In this document: one piece after another, positions 10,753 through 21,322 of the stretch
How the letters are laid out: every line of letters starts with the position of its first letter
Position numbering within the stretch: the first letter of the stretch is position 1
Source: an uncultured Verrucomicrobiae bacterium
GTDB taxonomy: Bacteria; Verrucomicrobiota; Verrucomicrobiia; Chthoniobacterales; JAFAMB01
Assembly: GCA_963762565.1 (NCBI GenBank)
Contig: CAVXLD010000010.1
Coordinates: 192,001-256,000 of the forward strand
Direction: 5' to 3'
Length of the DNA: 64,000 bases
The notes under the pieces: model-generated
Told to the model about the DNA's origin: nothing
The model's database searches: none
The model's input: the letters and a program-made list of their open reading frames with translations, nothing else
Made by a program: the position numbers and the translations under genes

Positions 10753-11463
10753 GTGGACAACGATGCTCCTGGGCCAACCATCCGTGAATTACCTTCCGAG
10801 CAACGGCCGCGGGAGAAGCTTTTGCAGCGTGGTCCGGCCTTTCTCACTGATGCCGAATTGATCGCCATTCTGCTTCGCACGGGCACGAAAGGGGTGAACG
10901 CGATCGCACTAGCCGATCGAGTCCTTCAGAAATTCGGCTCCTTCGCCGGCGTGGCGCGTGCATCCGTTCAAGAATTAGCGAAGGTTCACGGAGTCGGCTT
11001 GACTAAAGCGATTCAACTGGCCGCATCTTTTGCACTCGGTGTCCGTTTGGCGCAGGAACGTTTCGCTGCATCAACCGTGGATTCACCGGCGGTCATAGAA
11101 GAATTGCTGGGACCGGAACTCCGTCTTTTGGACCGCGAATCGCTCCGCGTGGTCCTTCTCGACGCCAAGCAACGCCTGCTGGCAGTTCACGAGATATCGA
11201 AAGGAAGTCTGAATGAAAGCCTGGCTCATCCGCGAGAGATCTTTAAACCGGCTATCGCCCATTCTGCCTATTCCTTCATTTTGGTGCATAACCATCCATC
11301 CGGTGATCCCAGCCCGAGCGAGGCCGATCTTCGTTTGACCAGACGCCTAATAGAAGCAGCGCGGATCTTGCAGCTCAACTTGCTCGACCACGTAATTATT
11401 GGTCTTCCCCTTCCGGGTCGCTGCGGGTATTTCAGCTTTAAGGAAGCGGGGGTGATTGGGTAG
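10753..11463 (+). CDS. radC: RadC/JAB domain protein
   Basis: RPREKL, ELIAILLRTG, HPREIFK, VHNHPSGDPSPSEAD, LLDHVII. Confidence 0.96.
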   Translation: MDNDAPGPTIRELPSEQRPREKLLQRGPAFLTDAELIAILLRTGTKGVNAIALADRVLQKFGSFAGVARASVQELAKVHGVGLTKAIQLAASFALGVRLAQERFAASTVDSPAVIEELLGPELRLLDRESLRVVLLDAKQRLLAVHEISKGSLNESLAHPREIFKPAIAHSAYSFILVHNHPSGDPSPSEADLRLTRRLIEAARILQLNLLDHVIIGLPLPGRCGYFSFKEAGVIG

Positions 11464-11665
11464 GGCGAGGCTCCGGAATAGCCAGGAGGGCGTCGCAAAG
11501 GGAAAATGGCGTAGCGTCAGTCTATGGCATGCACCGCCTAAACGCTGCCGAGCCGTGGGTTGCGCGCCCCCGGCTCGGCAGTTCTCCAGCGTTGCACCCG
11601 ATATACCAACGAAATACCATTTCGCGTCGCGACCCATTCCGGCTGGTCCGGAGCCTCGCCCTACC
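11459..11665. repeat. Split-REP inverted doublet, family B copy 1
   Basis: GGTAGGGCGAGGCTCC-72 nt-GCCGAGCCG-15 nt-CGGCTCGGC-70 nt-GGAGCCTCGCCCTACC. Confidence 0.92.
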
Positions 11666-12551
11666 GTGGCTTGAACTGCTGCTTCACGTACTCAACAAAA
11701 CGCGCTACAACTTCTTCCGCACCTTTTCTCCAGGCCATGCCATAGCGCATCTTCTCCACCGGCGGAGACAAAGGAACGAAGCGTACTCCGGGAGCAGGCA
11801 GCCGGCTGATATGTTCTGCGAAGATGGAGATACCAAAGCCCGCGGCGACGTATTGGACGCCGGTTCGGGCCCGGTCGACCTCCTGCACTACTCTTGGAAC
11901 GAAGCCGGCCTTTTCACACATTCGCGCGATCTGCGATCGGTAATTGGGCGAATTTTTTTCGGAAGTAAAAATGAACGGCTCGTCTTTGAGCTGAACCAAA
12001 GAAACCTTGGGCAGACGGGCAAAGCGATGATCGCTGGGCATTCCTACGAATGGCGATTCTTCAGAGAAACATTCTACACAAAGCCCGGGCGGCGGTTTCC
12101 CGGCGATCGGTCCGACCAACCCCACATCCAATTTCCGAGCCAGAAGCGCCTCAAGCTGCTGCGACGGGTGTATTTCAGTCAGGGTTACCTCGACCTCCGG
12201 ATACTTGGCCCGAAACCGCTTCAGCACTCGTGGCATCCATTCGTGGCTCTGCGATCCAATGAAACCGATTGCCAGCGTGCCGTATTCTCCTTGGCCAATC
12301 CGCCTGGCTTGGCGAGACGCTTCTTCGACCGAGCGTATGATCCGTTCCGCGGATTCAAGAAACGCTTCGCCTGCCGCCGTTAACCTTACCCGGCGCCGGC
12401 TCCGCTCAAGCAGGACAACTCCGAGCTCGTTTTCAAGGTCTTGAATCTGGGAGCTGACGGCCGATTGCGCCACGTGCAACCGGGTAGCTGCTCGAGTAAA
12501 ACTCAGCTCTCCCGCAACTGCTTTAAAGTAGCGCAAGTGTCGCAATTCCAT
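11661..12551 (-). CDS. LysR family transcriptional regulator
   Basis: MELRHLRYFKAVAGELSFTRAATRLHVAQSAVSSQIQDLE; divergent from the MFS gene. Confidence 0.96.
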   Translation of the reverse strand: MELRHLRYFKAVAGELSFTRAATRLHVAQSAVSSQIQDLENELGVVLLERSRRRVRLTAAGEAFLESAERIIRSVEEASRQARRIGQGEYGTLAIGFIGSQSHEWMPRVLKRFRAKYPEVEVTLTEIHPSQQLEALLARKLDVGLVGPIAGKPPPGLCVECFSEESPFVGMPSDHRFARLPKVSLVQLKDEPFIFTSEKNSPNYRSQIARMCEKAGFVPRVVQEVDRARTGVQYVAAGFGISIFAEHISRLPAPGVRFVPLSPPVEKMRYGMAWRKGAEEVVARFVEYVKQQFKPR

Positions 12552-12644
12552 TCTACCTCTTAACCTATTAATCTGAAAAAGAGATAACTGCTAACGTTAT
12601 AAGCTATTTCATTTATCACCAAGAGCCGTCTACTTTGAGTCATC

Positions 12645-14189
12645 ATGAGTAGCACTTCATCGGTCCAATGGCTTCAAAAGGCGGACCGAGGCTCCACTCG
12701 CAGATTGCCGCGCGGGCCTGTCCTTAACCGGGAAGGTTCAACGGCAAAACGTTCCCCGGGGGTGAATCGTTGGCTGGCACTCGCCGTGATGCTGGTGGGG
12801 CCGTTGCTTGGTGTTATCGACTTTTTTATCGCAAACATCGGCATCAACAGCATCCGGACCTCTCTGCACGCCGGTTTCGGAGAAATTGAGCTGGTGGTTG
12901 CTGGATATGGATTGACCTACGCGGTGTGTCTGATCACCGGAGGCCGCCTGGGCGACATCTACGGACGCAAGAAGATCTTCATTCTTGGATTGATCGGATT
13001 CACCAGTACGTCGGCCCTATGCGGTCTAGCGGCGAACGCAACTTCGTTAGTGATCTGGCGCTTGCTTCAAGGTTGCACAGCGGCCGTCATGTTCCCACAG
13101 GCGCTCTCATTCATTCATGTCAATTTTTCGGCTTCGGCGAAGCGACTCGCCTTCAGCATCTATGGAGCAGCGATCGGCTTCGGCTCCATTCTCGGCCAGA
13201 TTCTCGGAGGATTTCTGATCCAGGCTAATCTCTTCGGTCTAGGATGGCGGCCAATCTTTTTGATAAATGTCCCTATCGGTCTGGCAACGGTAGCGGCAGC
13301 ATGGCTGGTGCTGCGAGAATCACATTCCGAAAAGCCTCCCCGATTGGATCCAATCGGTACGGTACTTTTGTCGGTCGCACTTTTTCTATTTTCATTCCCT
13401 TTCATGGAAGGGCGAGACGCTGGCTGGCCTGCCTGGGCATGGATCGCCCTGGCGGCCAGCGTCCCTCTTTTTGCGGTCTTTTTGCGCTGGGAAAATCACC
13501 TCGCGCGCATTGGCACAACTCCTTTGGTCGAACCCCGACTTCTACGGGACCGGGGTTTCCTCGTCGGCATCGGCGTGACGTGCATCTATTTCGCCGGACA
13601 CACTTCGATGCTGCTGGTCCTGTGCCTCTTTCTGCAGCTCAGCCTGAACCTCAACCCCTTCCAGGCGGGACTTTCGCTGGCGCCATTCTCCTTTGGGTTT
13701 CTGCTGGGCTCAGCCTTCTCGGGCAAACTCAATGGTTATCTCGGTCGGAAGTCCTTGCACGTCGGAGCTGCGGTGTTGGGGGTAATGCTAGCCGCCTTGG
13801 CTTTAGAAGCTTCTAGCATCCACGGCCAACAAAACTTTCTTTTTCTCTTCTCCTGCTTTCTTTACGGGATCGGACGAGGTCTGGTGACTACCCCTCTCTT
13901 CAACACGGTGCTCAGTGGTGTGCCGGCCCAAGATGCAGGTGCGGCGGCGGGAATCGTCTCGACGGCTCAACAGGTTGCAAATTCGGTTGGTATCGCGGTG
14001 CTTGGCGCGATTGCGTTCTCCGTTATCCCGCATCGCGCTACGGCGGCGGATTATGCTCACGGTTTCGTATTATCAAGCGTCGTAAACCTATTCATGGTTG
14101 GCGCCGCATCGGTCTTGCTGTTTCTCATTCCCAAAAAACGTGGTCATGAAGCCACGCCAGCGGGCGAACCTTCGCTAGAAGCGGCTTAA
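12645..14189 (+). CDS. MFS efflux transporter, DHA2 (EmrB/QacA-like)
   Basis: GGRLGDIYGRK motif A, WRPIFLINVPIG, many hydrophobic segments. Confidence 0.93.
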   Translation: MSSTSSVQWLQKADRGSTRRLPRGPVLNREGSTAKRSPGVNRWLALAVMLVGPLLGVIDFFIANIGINSIRTSLHAGFGEIELVVAGYGLTYAVCLITGGRLGDIYGRKKIFILGLIGFTSTSALCGLAANATSLVIWRLLQGCTAAVMFPQALSFIHVNFSASAKRLAFSIYGAAIGFGSILGQILGGFLIQANLFGLGWRPIFLINVPIGLATVAAAWLVLRESHSEKPPRLDPIGTVLLSVALFLFSFPFMEGRDAGWPAWAWIALAASVPLFAVFLRWENHLARIGTTPLVEPRLLRDRGFLVGIGVTCIYFAGHTSMLLVLCLFLQLSLNLNPFQAGLSLAPFSFGFLLGSAFSGKLNGYLGRKSLHVGAAVLGVMLAALALEASSIHGQQNFLFLFSCFLYGIGRGLVTTPLFNTVLSGVPAQDAGAAAGIVSTAQQVANSVGIAVLGAIAFSVIPHRATAADYAHGFVLSSVVNLFMVGAASVLLFLIPKKRGHEATPAGEPSLEAA

Positions 14190-14214
14190 GGCGCCGCACG
14201 CCGCTGGCCTGTCG

Positions 14215-14562
14215 TAATCGTCCTCGTCGTCGTTCTCGTCCTCGATTCGACGGGTTCCCAAAAAAACGTGGTAGAACCCAACGTCTGGAGGGGAGCCGCT
14301 TTGTCAGTCGCTAGTTCTGTAGGTCGGCAGGAAGCGGCTACCGAGAATGACCGAGCGTGACGCAAATTCTATCGGTCGGCGCTCAAATCGATTGGCTCTG
14401 GAACAACGGCGTTGGGCAGCAGCGCAGCGTTGGGCTATTCGCGGGAGCCGCCTGCTGCCGACTGATAGAGCTGCCAACCGACAAAGCGGCTCCCCTCCAG
14501 GCGCTGGGTTCTGCCACGCTTTCTAGGAGAAACCCGCTCGAGTACGAGTACGAGGACGATTA
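14215..14562. repeat. Nested inverted-repeat element, family A copy 2, with CTCGTY shell
   Basis: TAATCGTCCTCG.. / ..CGAGGACGATTA shell; CGTGGTAGAACCCA / TGGGTTCTGCCACG layer; GGAGGGGAGCCGC at 14287 and GCGGCTCCCCTCC at 14486. Confidence 0.9.
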
Positions 14563-14578
14563 GGAAGAGCGTTTAGCT

Positions 14579-15085
14579 CTATATTTCAGTTTCGAGATCC
14601 CGGACCATGCGCCGGACATAAGTAATCCGGGAACGCGGCTTGAGAATCTTCAGACTCTGCTGATACGAACCCACCTCCAAGAGTTCAATAGTGACTCGGC
14701 GAGCGCCCCAGCTAACCATTTCCCGACGAGACGGCATATAGAGATCGATAGTGTTTGTGCCCACTAACGCCGAACCGTAGTCATCGACCACATAAAGCCG
14801 ATTCGAACCCACGACGCGAAACTTTGTTCCAACTGGAAACCGCGACCAATCCGCTGCTGCACTATTCAATTCAGCGGCAGCCAAGCGGCCATCAACAGCG
14901 TTACTCTTCCCGTATCGCCTATGTGCCCTTTCTGTATGGCAATACGCAGTCGTTTTTACCTGGACCAGTTTGTGAAGAGACGCTTTGCCTTGGAGTGCCG
15001 TACCATTTTTGAGCTGGCTTACGTCCTGGGAGCAACCAACCACAAAAATTGACACTCCCAACGACACGGCGTGGAAGGTTCTCAT
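14579..15085 (-). CDS. 3D-domain (MltA-like) putative lipoprotein
   Basis: Lipobox-like FVVGC; TTAY, AAADWSRFPVGT, VDDYGSAL, TIDLY. Confidence 0.85.
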   Translation of the reverse strand: MRTFHAVSLGVSIFVVGCSQDVSQLKNGTALQGKASLHKLVQVKTTAYCHTERAHRRYGKSNAVDGRLAAAELNSAAADWSRFPVGTKFRVVGSNRLYVVDDYGSALVGTNTIDLYMPSRREMVSWGARRVTIELLEVGSYQQSLKILKPRSRITYVRRMVRDLETEI

Positions 15086-15141
15086 CTAGACAACGCTCTG
15101 CCAAGTGTCCTGATAAGTTCCATAATGTCAATGCAAAAGGC

Positions 15142-15370
15142 GGTAGGGCGAAAAACTCGGCGCGCCGATCGTATCGCTAACCGCTAGAACTTCTCCGCGC
15201 CGGTTTTGAGCCGGCCGTACGTGATACAGCCCCCAAAACATTCGCAGACTTCGGCGTCGCAAATATCGAACACACAGGTTCATGGTTGTCGCACGGAACG
15301 GCTCAAAACCAGCGCGGATGGCCTGTGCGAGCAAAGACTGTGCTCGGCGCGCTGAGTTTTTCGCCCTACC
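15142..15370. repeat. Split-REP inverted doublet, family B2
   Basis: GGTAGGGCGAAAAACTCGGCGCG-31 nt-CGCGCCGGTTTTGAGCCG ... CGGCTCAAAACCAGCGCG-31 nt-CGCGCTGAGTTTTTCGCCCTACC. Confidence 0.88.
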
Positions 15371-15382
15371 AAATCGTCCTCG

Positions 15383-16195
15383 CTACTCGCCTTCGGACGT
15401 ACTCTCCCCCTTCACACCGCTCCAGCGAACAAAGGCGCAAATTCCTCGTTTTGACTCTTTCACAAACTCCCAAAACGGCTGGATTTCCGGGCTCCACTTT
15501 TCCTCAGCGGCCCTGGCAACAGCTTGTGAAGGATTCAGTCCTTCGTGATACAGAATGTGAAAAGCCCGCTTTACTTCCAACCGCAGACTTGGCCCAAAGC
15601 CCGCCCGGCGAAGAGCCACCACATTGATACCAACGATACTGTTTCTTCCGGCTGCGGTACCAAACGGAGGCACATCTTTGCCGACCGCCGAACCACCCTG
15701 CATGATTGACATGCTGCCCAGGCGGGTGTGTTGATGCACCAACGAGCCGCCTCCCAGGAAAGCTTTGTCGTGGATCTGAACGTATCCGCCAAGAAGCACA
15801 TTATTCGCCAAAATCACCTGGTTGCCTAGGTGCGAATTGTGACCAAGATGCGCGCCCACCATTAAGAGACACTGATTCCCGATGATGGTTACAGTGTTGG
15901 GTTTAGTCCCGCGATGAATGGTGCAGTATTCTCGGAGAACATTATCGTTGCCGATCTCAACCCCGCTGGGGCTGTCCGGCTGATAGGACAGATCTTGTGG
16001 GTATCCGCCGACCACACTTCCATAGCCAATCGTGTTGCCAGATCCGATCTTTACTTGGCCCACAATGATGGCGCCTGCTTGAACTTTGGTTTTAGCCCCG
16101 ATAAACACCGGCCCTTCAATCACAACATTTGGTCCAATTTCCACATCGGGCTCAAGATGGGCGCGTGGGTCGATGACAGCGGAGGAATGAATCAT
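15383..16195 (-). CDS. lpxA: Acyl-ACP--UDP-N-acetylglucosamine O-acyltransferase
   Basis: Hexapeptide repeats, PQDL, REYCTIHRGT, HLGHN, HQ, KDVPPF, GINVVALRR. Confidence 0.9.
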   Translation of the reverse strand: MIHSSAVIDPRAHLEPDVEIGPNVVIEGPVFIGAKTKVQAGAIIVGQVKIGSGNTIGYGSVVGGYPQDLSYQPDSPSGVEIGNDNVLREYCTIHRGTKPNTVTIIGNQCLLMVGAHLGHNSHLGNQVILANNVLLGGYVQIHDKAFLGGGSLVHQHTRLGSMSIMQGGSAVGKDVPPFGTAAGRNSIVGINVVALRRAGFGPSLRLEVKRAFHILYHEGLNPSQAVARAAEEKWSPEIQPFWEFVKESKRGICAFVRWSGVKGESTSEGE

Positions 16196-16209
16196 GGTAC
16201 GAGGACTAA

Positions 16210-16321
16210 AAATGACAGATGACAGATGACAGATTGCGATGGCTCATTCCATCAAGGGAATCGATCAAGCTCTTTATTTGTCATTTGTCATTTGTCATCT
16301 GTCATTTGTCATCTGTCATTT
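16210..16321. repeat. Inverted arrays of a heptamer (ATGACAR / YTGTCAT)
   Basis: AATGACAGATGACAGATGACAG followed by six YTGTCAT units. Confidence 0.9.
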
Positions 16322-16399
16322 CTAATGCTCGCACCTTCGAAAGCACATTCCGCGAACGTCTTGCGAGACAGTGGAAGTAATTCACGCTAGGATCGGGCC

Positions 16400-17371
16400 G
16401 TGAGAATTCTTGTTACAGGAGGCGCCGGGTATATCGGCAGCGTTTGCGTTGAGGATCTACTAAATCGGGGACACAACGTGACCGTGTTCGATAACCTCAC
16501 GGAGGGGCACAGAAAGGCGGTCGACGGCCGCGCGAAATTTGTGGAAGGCGATCTGGCAGATCAACCCGCTGTATCAGACCTGATTCGCATGGAAGGGCCC
16601 GAAGCGGTGATGCACTTTGCCGCAAACGCGCTGGTAGGCGAATCGATGCAGAACCCTTACAAATACTTTTATAATAATGTCTCCTGCGGGCTGAACCTAT
16701 TGCACGCAATGGTGGAAAACGGTGTAAAACGGTTCGTCTTCTCATCCACCTGCGCAACTTACGGGATACCGGAGACCGTGCCGATCGATGAGCTAGCTCC
16801 CCAAAAGCCAGTCAATCCGTACGGTGAGTCAAAATTGATTTTCGAGAAGATCCTCCGCTGGTTCGACCAAATTCATGGCGTCACTTTTGCCTCGCTGCGT
16901 TACTTTAACGCTGCCGGCGCCACGGAGGCCTTCGGTGAAGATCACCGGGTCGAGACCCACCTTATTCCCTGCGTGCTACAAGTGCCTCTAGGGAAACGGA
17001 AACATGCCGAGGTATTCGGAACGGATTATCCCACCCCCGACGGTAGTTGTATCCGGGATTACATTCATGTGACTGACCTGGCCCAAGCCCACGCGCTGGC
17101 TCTGGAGGTGAAAGAAAGCGATTTTTTCAACCTCGGCATTGGTGGCGGTGTCTCTGTCTTGGAGGTGATCGATGCCTGTAAAAAAGTGACGGAAAAGGAC
17201 ATACCGACCTTGATGCAACCACGGCGGCCTGGAGATCCTCCCCGGCTGATTGCTTCCGCTGGCAAGGCACGGGAGGTTTTAGGTTGGCGCCCGCAGTTCG
17301 ATCGAATCGAAGACATCGTCAGCAGCGCCTGGAGCTGGCATCTTCGCCATCCCAACGGATACGGTGACTGA
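16400..17371 (+). CDS. galE: UDP-glucose 4-epimerase
   Basis: GGAGYIGS, FSSTCATYG, NPYGESK, LRYFNAAGA, RDYIHV. Confidence 0.97.
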   Translation: MRILVTGGAGYIGSVCVEDLLNRGHNVTVFDNLTEGHRKAVDGRAKFVEGDLADQPAVSDLIRMEGPEAVMHFAANALVGESMQNPYKYFYNNVSCGLNLLHAMVENGVKRFVFSSTCATYGIPETVPIDELAPQKPVNPYGESKLIFEKILRWFDQIHGVTFASLRYFNAAGATEAFGEDHRVETHLIPCVLQVPLGKRKHAEVFGTDYPTPDGSCIRDYIHVTDLAQAHALALEVKESDFFNLGIGGGVSVLEVIDACKKVTEKDIPTLMQPRRPGDPPRLIASAGKAREVLGWRPQFDRIEDIVSSAWSWHLRHPNGYGD

Positions 17372-17547
17372 TTATTGGTCACCATTCGGGGTCACGAGAC
17401 GTCTGTAAACAAAATGCGCAGGATCGATCCCCCTTCCACTCTTCGGAACCTTCGAACTGCTGCAGATCGCCGAAACCCGGATTCTCCTTGCAAATTAACG
17501 ACTCAAGCGATTCGGTGTACGACGGTCTCACGCTCCCAAAACGGAAG

Positions 17548-19836
17548 ATGATCTGCCGGCTCTTCGTCTCTTTACTGCTAGTGTTTCTGCCGGTCTCTCT
17601 TTACGCCCAGGCGAATCCGTCGAGTTCGCCGAAGCCGTCGAGTTCGTCGAATCCGTTGGAGGACTTAAGCGAGCCGGGAGGCAAGTTCGGGCAAGCCCCA
17701 GTCGAAATTACTTCCGAAGGCCAGACCCGCTATGAGGGCGGACTCGCCATTGCTGAAAACCACGTGGTTATTCACTACGGCGACGTCGCCATCTATTGCG
17801 AGTACGCGGAATATAACACCGAGACACACGACGTCTTTGTCAAGGAACGCGTCCGGCTTTATCGCGGAGATTACGCCTTTGTTTGCGACCGGGCGGTCTA
17901 CAATCTAGAGACGAAACGGTTGTATATGGCGGATTTCGCCGGAGCGAAGCTCCCTTTCGAGATCACAGGGACCAATCTGACTTCGTTTTCGTCAGACGAA
18001 TACCAGATCTATGACGGAAGCTTTACTACGAGCGATTCGTCGCAGCCCGATTACCGGATCCAAGCCAAGGGGATTCGGATCTATCCCAATGACCGGATCA
18101 TTTTCACAAACGCCTGGGTGTACGTGAAAGATGTTCCGATTTTCTGGTTCCCATATCTGTATCAATCGTTGAACAACCAGCACGTCCTGTTGATCAGTCC
18201 GGGCTATAACAGCACCTACGGGGAGTATGTGGTCACCGATATCGGCTTTCCTATTTTTGACCATTTTGATGCGATCCTGCACCTGAACGCGTACTCGCTT
18301 CGAGGGCCGGCCCTCGGGATTGATATCAATTACGATCTTGGTCTTCCTGAGCAAGATCAGCAAGACACCCTCAAAATGAAAACCTTTTTCATTGAGGACA
18401 AAGGGGCGAACATCAACCAGACGTCGCTTGGTCGGGAACAGATTGACGCTGGGCGCTACCGGATTAGCTATCAGTCGCGTACCTTTCTGGCGAGCGACAC
18501 ATCGCTGGTCATGGATGTGAACAAATTCAGCGACTTCTATTTAATGGAGGATTTTTTTCCTTATGAGTTCCAGATCGACCCGCAGCCGCAGACCTACTTC
18601 GAGCTAATCAAAGCGGGCGATGCTTATGCGCTCAGCCTGTTCGCCCGGTATCAAGTCAATGATTTCTTTCAGACGACCGAGAAACTGCCGGAGGGGTCGT
18701 GGGAGGTGGTGCGCACGCCTCTCTTTAACTCCCCGATCTACTACGAAGCCACCACGACCGCGGGCTGGTACCAGCTTGCTCAGCCGGTTGGCAGTTTTTT
18801 CAACCCCACTTTGAATCCGGACTATTCCTCGTTCCGGTTCGATACCTTTCATCAGCTGACTTATCCAAATATGTATTTTGGATTCCTTTCCTTCGTGCCA
18901 CGCGCCGGTTTCCGGACCACCTATTATAGCCGGACCGGGGACGTGACCGCAGGGGATCCAAGCCTAGGCATCCCCTTTGGCTCCGTGGTTTATGAGCCGG
19001 GAGGAACTCGATTTGTTTTCAATGCCGGCTTCGACGCCTCATTCAAGCTCTCTCATATCTACGAAGGGGTCCAGGCGCACTGGCTTGGTCTCGACGGCCT
19101 CTTGCACGTTATCCAGCCGTATGCCGATTACTCCTGGGTCTCCACCCCAAATATTGGCCCCGGTCAGGTTCTTCCTTACGATCGATATCTGACCAGCACC
19201 TATTTACCACCCATCGATTTCCCTGAGTTTACCGCCACCGACTCGATCGGACACCTGTCGGTTTTGCGGCTCGGCGTACTGAACAAATTCGAGACTCGGC
19301 GGGATAACGCCACCCTTCAATGGCTGACGGCGGACACCTTTTTCGACATCAATTTCAAGAATCCTTACGAGCAGACTTATTATTCCGATATTCAAGAGCA
19401 AATCCGCTTCAATCCGGTCCCTTGGCTCAGTCTCACAGAGGAGGCCCAGATCCCTTGGATCGATAAGAAACAGTTCTGGGAGTTTAACACGGTTGTGACC
19501 TGGACCATTACTCCGAACATCGACCTCACGTTGTTGCATTCTTACCTGAATCACAATCCGCTCGAGCCGAAGACCAACAGCACTTATCTGCAGACCTACT
19601 TCAGGATCAATTCCAACTGGGGTTTCAGTATCCTGGAGGAATATGATCAAACGACCGGACGATTGGGCGTGCAAAAGTACACGTTCCACCGGGACCTCAG
19701 CAGCTGGGTCGCGTCGCTGGGACTTTACGAAGACAATAACGGCGGAGGCAAAACCACCTACGGCGTGGAGTTAATTCTAACTCTTAAAGATCTGCCAAAA
19801 TACGGCTTCCCGGTGAACCTCAGCCCTGGATTATAG
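17548..19836 (+). CDS. lptD: LPS assembly outer-membrane protein LptD
   Basis: Signal peptide, OstA-like N domain, VPIFWFPY motif, aromatic-rich beta-barrel pattern. Confidence 0.85.
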   Translation: MICRLFVSLLLVFLPVSLYAQANPSSSPKPSSSSNPLEDLSEPGGKFGQAPVEITSEGQTRYEGGLAIAENHVVIHYGDVAIYCEYAEYNTETHDVFVKERVRLYRGDYAFVCDRAVYNLETKRLYMADFAGAKLPFEITGTNLTSFSSDEYQIYDGSFTTSDSSQPDYRIQAKGIRIYPNDRIIFTNAWVYVKDVPIFWFPYLYQSLNNQHVLLISPGYNSTYGEYVVTDIGFPIFDHFDAILHLNAYSLRGPALGIDINYDLGLPEQDQQDTLKMKTFFIEDKGANINQTSLGREQIDAGRYRISYQSRTFLASDTSLVMDVNKFSDFYLMEDFFPYEFQIDPQPQTYFELIKAGDAYALSLFARYQVNDFFQTTEKLPEGSWEVVRTPLFNSPIYYEATTTAGWYQLAQPVGSFFNPTLNPDYSSFRFDTFHQLTYPNMYFGFLSFVPRAGFRTTYYSRTGDVTAGDPSLGIPFGSVVYEPGGTRFVFNAGFDASFKLSHIYEGVQAHWLGLDGLLHVIQPYADYSWVSTPNIGPGQVLPYDRYLTSTYLPPIDFPEFTATDSIGHLSVLRLGVLNKFETRRDNATLQWLTADTFFDINFKNPYEQTYYSDIQEQIRFNPVPWLSLTEEAQIPWIDKKQFWEFNTVVTWTITPNIDLTLLHSYLNHNPLEPKTNSTYLQTYFRINSNWGFSILEEYDQTTGRLGVQKYTFHRDLSSWVASLGLYEDNNGGGKTTYGVELILTLKDLPKYGFPVNLSPGL

Positions 19837-19955
19837 TCTGCCGCGCCGTTGTCCCGCGGCGGCGGGAGAAGGCGGGTCGTCGCCCTGATCGAGAGCTTTC
19901 ACTGGACAAGAGGCGAAAGCTTCCGTATCTGGGGACCTTTGTAACATTAGGATGT

Positions 19956-21263
19956 ATGGAAATTGCCATTATTGGATCGGGATACGTGGGACTGGTGACT
20001 GGAACGTGTTTTGCGGAAGTAGGACATGAGGTCATCTGTGTCGATAATGACGAGAGGAAAGTAAAATCGCTGCAGAACGGTACGATTCCTATTTATGAGC
20101 CAGGCCTCGACGACTTGGTTCATCGAAATGTGGCTGCGCGCCGGCTGCGTTTCACTACCAGCATCGAGGAGGGCGTTGATAACTCGCAGGTCGTTTTTAT
20201 TGCTGTGCCCACCCCACCGCAACCTGACGGAAGCGTAGATCTTACCTATATTGAACGGGTCGCTCGCGAGATCGCTTCCGTGATCAAAAGCTATCGCGTG
20301 ATCGTCGACAAGAGCACCGTACCGGTTAAGACAGGCGAGAAAGTTGCCGATACCATCCGGCGATACAATAAGGCCGGCGTAGAATTCGATGTGGTCAGCA
20401 ATCCCGAGTTCCTGCGAGAAGGATGCGCCGTCGACGATCTGATGCACCCGGATCGGATCGTCGTTGGAACAAACAGCGACCGCGCTTTAGCGCTGATGCG
20501 CAAAATTTACGAGCCGTTTATGGCCCCTGTCATGGTGACAGACATAAACAGCGCCGAACTGATCAAGCACGCGGCCAATTCTTTCCTGGCGCTTAAGATC
20601 TCCTACATCAATGCCATTTCGGGCATTTGCGAAGCCAGCGGCGCCGACGTTGAAAAAGTCGCTGCCGGTATCGGAGCTGATAAACGCATCGGTCGTAGTT
20701 TCCTCAACGCCGGGCTCGGTTACGGAGGATCATGTTTCCCGAAGGATATCGCGGCTTTTATCGCCATTAGCGAGCAGCTGGGTACGCCCTTTAGCCTTTT
20801 GAAGGAAGTCCAGCGAATCAATCAGAATCAACGAGAACGTTTTGTAAAAAAGCTGCGGGAAACTCTTTGGGTCTTGAAAGAGAAACGGCTAGCCGTGTGG
20901 GGTCTCACCTTCAAGCCGGATACGGACGATGTCCGTAACTCGGTCGCAATCGAGTTGGTAGACGACCTTTGCCGGGAAGGCGCAAATGTAGTCGCCTACG
21001 ATCCGAAGGGAATGTCAAAAGTGCGGGAGTTCAAACTCTGCCCGGACGCGGTACTGGCCTCATCTCCGCTGGAAGCCGTTCGAGACGCGGAGGCGCTCAT
21101 CATCGCCACCGAATGGAGCGAGTTCGAGAACGTCGACTTTTCCGAAGTGAGACGCCTGATGCACACCCCACTGATCTTTGATGGCCGTAATCTACTCGAT
21201 CCTAAGACCATGCGAGATTTCGGTTTTCAGTATCATGGGATCGGCCGAGGCCCTGTTGGTTAG
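19956..21263 (+). CDS. ugd: UDP-glucose 6-dehydrogenase
   Basis: GSGYVGL, KSTVP, SNPEFLREG, GYGGSCFPKD, FKPDTDDVR. Confidence 0.97.
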   Translation: MEIAIIGSGYVGLVTGTCFAEVGHEVICVDNDERKVKSLQNGTIPIYEPGLDDLVHRNVAARRLRFTTSIEEGVDNSQVVFIAVPTPPQPDGSVDLTYIERVAREIASVIKSYRVIVDKSTVPVKTGEKVADTIRRYNKAGVEFDVVSNPEFLREGCAVDDLMHPDRIVVGTNSDRALALMRKIYEPFMAPVMVTDINSAELIKHAANSFLALKISYINAISGICEASGADVEKVAAGIGADKRIGRSFLNAGLGYGGSCFPKDIAAFIAISEQLGTPFSLLKEVQRINQNQRERFVKKLRETLWVLKEKRLAVWGLTFKPDTDDVRNSVAIELVDDLCREGANVVAYDPKGMSKVREFKLCPDAVLASSPLEAVRDAEALIIATEWSEFENVDFSEVRRLMHTPLIFDGRNLLDPKTMRDFGFQYHGIGRGPVG

Positions 21264-21322
21264 CCGCGAAGCGGCTTAAGAGAGGCGCTTCGTGCTTGAA
21301 TTGAGTGGACGCCCATCAGCCT

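Noticed and set aside
10753..11463. radC as a marker of a mobile or anti-defence island
   Set aside because: It is the full-length chromosomal type in a housekeeping context with no integrase or cargo genes.
11529..12383. Long antisense or alternative-frame ORFs (284 aa here; also 26756-27364, 36876-37571, 43618-44229)
   Set aside because: They shadow well-supported genes and lack recognisable motifs.
15383..16195. lpxA outside an lpxD-fabZ-lpxA-lpxB cluster
   Set aside because: Dispersed or paralogous lpxA genes are common; motifs look intact.
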